From sequence record PZ179880.1: a DNA stretch of 64,000 nucleotides; one strand, given 5' to 3'. Shown here piece by piece: positions 62,696 to 64,000 of this stretch. The notes under the pieces were generated by a model. The model had not been told where the DNA came from, did no database searches, and worked only from the letters and a program-made list of their open reading frames with translations. The stretch comes from a phage. Position 1 is the stretch's first letter. Each line of letters begins with the position of its first letter. The position numbers and the translations under genes were made by a program.

Positions 62696-64000
<1,305 letters not shown>

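Overview
This window is a contiguous segment of a T4-like (T-even, Tequatrovirus-type) myovirus genome, recognised by reading protein sequences and gene order from the ORF track and the DNA; no database search was run. About 1-45,260 is early/middle-gene territory transcribed on the minus strand (44, 45, rpbA, 46, 47, a-gt, 55, nrdH, nrdG, nrdD, 49, pin, nrdC, a long run of small accessory ORFs, rI, tk, regB, denV, e, nudE, an 11-tRNA operon, ipI-like, 57B, 57A, 1, 3, 2, 4). From 45,306 to the end is the late baseplate/tail module on the plus strand (53, 5, 5.1, 5.4, 6-12, wac, 13-15 and the start of 16). It is not T4 itself: DenV and lysozyme differ from the T4 sequences as I recall them, nrdD is a single uninterrupted ORF, the tRNA operon has 11 genes (three more than the eight I remember for T4), and an HNH endonuclease sits between genes 3 and 2. 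Regulation is dense: sigma70-type early promoters (GTTTAC...TATAAT), TATAAATA late promoters, and many UUCG-tetraloop hairpins. The most interesting unexplained material is (i) two structured non-tRNA RNA candidates in and beside the tRNA operon, (ii) four capsid-targeting-sequence (internal-protein-like) genes in variable loci, (iii) several tandem paralogue families and an ATPase/nucleotidyltransferase cluster between nrdC and rI, (iv) a macro-domain plus secreted transglycosylase cluster next to regB, and (v) recurrent promoter-in-hairpin and promoter-in-palindrome architectures. I could not single out one definite novel system; the findings list the candidates.
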